Assembly: GCA_039630545.1 (NCBI GenBank)
Contig: JBCNUU010000014.1
Coordinates: 1 to 26,172 of the forward strand
Length of the DNA stretch: 26,172 nt
Origin: Endomicrobiia bacterium
Lineage (GTDB): Bacteria > Elusimicrobiota > Endomicrobiia > DTEH01
Direction: 5' to 3'
How positions within the stretch are numbered: the stretch's first letter is position 1; the number at the start of each line of letters is the position of its first letter. The notes below the pieces were generated by a model. It made no database searches and was not told the origin of the DNA. It saw only the letters and a program-made list of their open reading frames with translations. The position numbers and the translations under genes were made by a program. Below are positions 25,901 to 26,172 of the stretch, in pieces.

Positions 25901-26101
25901 CCACCATTGAATAGTAAAAGAGGAAAGAACTATTGATGCAGAAATCCCACTTCCTATAATAGTAGTAGAAGAAAATGTTCCATCTAAAAAATCACTTGCT
26001 GAAGTTTCGGTGTAAATATGCAGTGTCCCTTGTTGAGCAAACAAAAAATTAGAAATTATTAAAAACGGCAATATTAGAGTAAAACAAATGTATTTTTTCA
26101 T
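22994..26101 (-). CDS. Large exported surface protein: DUF2341, L-type (ConA/legume) lectin-like domain, four PKD domains, T9SS-CTD/FlgD-Ig domain
   Basis: DUF2341 WWDSNWRYRR...KMKNDCSDIRF...IWIKI...IYMYYGNP; lectin-like FSLTKT...AGAIF...DGGEGMTFMF...LGF...YGLELD; PKD cores WNFGDG, WWFGD, WDLGDG, WSFGDG; CTD IYPVPF...ISYYL...VVIYDMFGRIIK...GWNTINWDG...VHSGVYVCKL...KFIIFR. Confidence 0.85.
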   Translation of the reverse strand: MKKYICFTLILPFLIISNFLFAQQGTLHIYTETSASDFLDGTFSSTTIIGSGISASIVLSSFTIQWWDSNWRYRRVLYVFNFVNQQLNNFQVLFTTNTKALISAGKMKNDCSDIRFVAEDNQTLLPHYIESGINTENTKIWIKISTIPAGSINNPSYVKIYMYYGNPQAVSAADGRAVFEVFEDFSSDPRTSGYWDVYDRNQPTSACVWNSTARNFSLTKTAGGTAGAIFIKNYSLPTTSSWQAKFRYCVTNYNNIADGGEGMTFMFYKQKFAAGSYPDTGSYLGFTSGGSGPGYGLELDAVWSGETDVNNAAHFALIKDVTYPHIAGTPYSTDAVRDEKWYTVEFTFTQYTSSSNIFVRTIDPNGVFMDRINYTAIIDKTYTSLGFSAASSGNEHIIDDIMVRKYVYPEPVVIDDGEDPKDFYYALGSYRSGVFDCGAPSVISSVTWTANVPPSTFLDVFVFGSTDAVNYNWIKLQKDKEINILTNGSLIEYSIIFYSTVAYSVKDQQGRNVLGIRETPRFDDITFYYRTRSAPILQLTTFYFIEYNWQMNQFTVYVDFSNSYDLDGQIVRYMWNFGDGEVQTTQVPYVTHTYYTTPASTYTFTYTTFTFTVTAFDNDGFYSYINILIPLPATPEILTIPEEPPIEIPKIFPVAKISGESIKQARINQPVTFDCSDSYDPDGEITDVFWWFGDYETSISSGSFNEFKTVSHTYVDIGTFTVELYVLDNDFLVSSTTVKVIVRGYPHAKITSSKHILNETKTIVLGYSEELELKALAEYPNGNIVEYIWDLGDGNIITSTSSEIRHVYSSVTSSYTVILTAVGDDGLISTDSVKILFSATPVIDVIVPLDCEVEKEVTFDASSSVDIDGTIVSYVWSFGDGTSASGKIVSHIYKKEGNYKVTLVVTDNMGLTSSKEFVINVSKKTTPSQEDVYLDKNTLNIYPVPFRISQKNLNISYYLDEDADVFVVIYDMFGRIIKNYEFVKGAPGGIKGWNTINWDGVSNSNELVHSGVYVCKLMLKNKSKKYLTEKFIIFR

Positions 26102-26109
26102 TTTTTTAC

Positions 26110-26172
26110 CTATTTACATACTACTATATATTTATATTCCACTCTCCCAGATCTTTTTACTTTACAAACATA
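26110..26172 (-). CDS. C-terminal fragment of an upstream gene, probably another CTD/FlgD-Ig-bearing exported protein
   Basis: Not in the ORF track. Hand translation gives YVCKVKRSGRVEYKYIVVCK-stop (TAG at 26112-26110), 8 nt before the next ATG. It mirrors the neighbour's ending (G)VYVCKL...KFIIFR. Only 20 codons are visible. Confidence 0.55.
   Translation of the reverse strand, partial: YVCKVKRSGRVEYKYIVVCK

Noticed and set aside
5916..26101. Flagellar hook-capping (FlgD) genes
   Set aside because: The FlgD-Ig-like segments are short C-terminal tails on Sec-exported multidomain proteins, and no flagellar genes are present.
1..26172. CRISPR arrays, tRNA/rRNA genes, IS elements, prophage or defence genes
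   Set aside because: Coding density is very high, with no gap over about 85 bp. No spaced repeats, structured GC-rich segments or relevant protein motifs were seen.

Overview
An AT-rich bacterial window (about 30% GC by eye, not computed) holding one co-directional minus-strand cluster: 18 complete genes plus a truncated gene at each edge, nearly all encoding exported or membrane proteins of a diderm cell. It combines four groups. (1) Beta-glucan/cellulose-active proteins: a CBM9-Ig-GH9 endoglucanase, a CelA-like GH8, three proteins with CBM11/CIA30-like modules, and a DUF2341/lectin/PKD surface protein. (2) Five divergent PorV/PorQ/PorP-like outer-membrane barrels with the 'AR..(G/A)MG..F.A.ADD....YNPAGL' signature; one, at the left edge, is missed by the ORF track. 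(3) Four proteins, probably five, ending in a T9SS-CTD/FlgD-Ig-like domain. (4) A 945-aa TPR protein with ExbB-ExbD-ExbD but no TonB. Three further probable barrels are present, including an unusual CBM11-like/beta-barrel fusion. No SusC/SusD, TonB, SprA or PorKLMN/GldKLMN, regulator, inner-membrane sugar transporter, RNA gene, mobile element or CRISPR array is visible. Best hypothesis (inference): a SusC/D-independent polysaccharide-utilisation locus built on T9SS-like parts, with CTD-tagged cargo paired to PorV-like barrels and an ExbBD-type motor. The gene style recalls Elusimicrobiota-like lineages rather than Bacteroidota, but taxonomy is unverified. All family calls come from motifs recognised by eye, not database searches.
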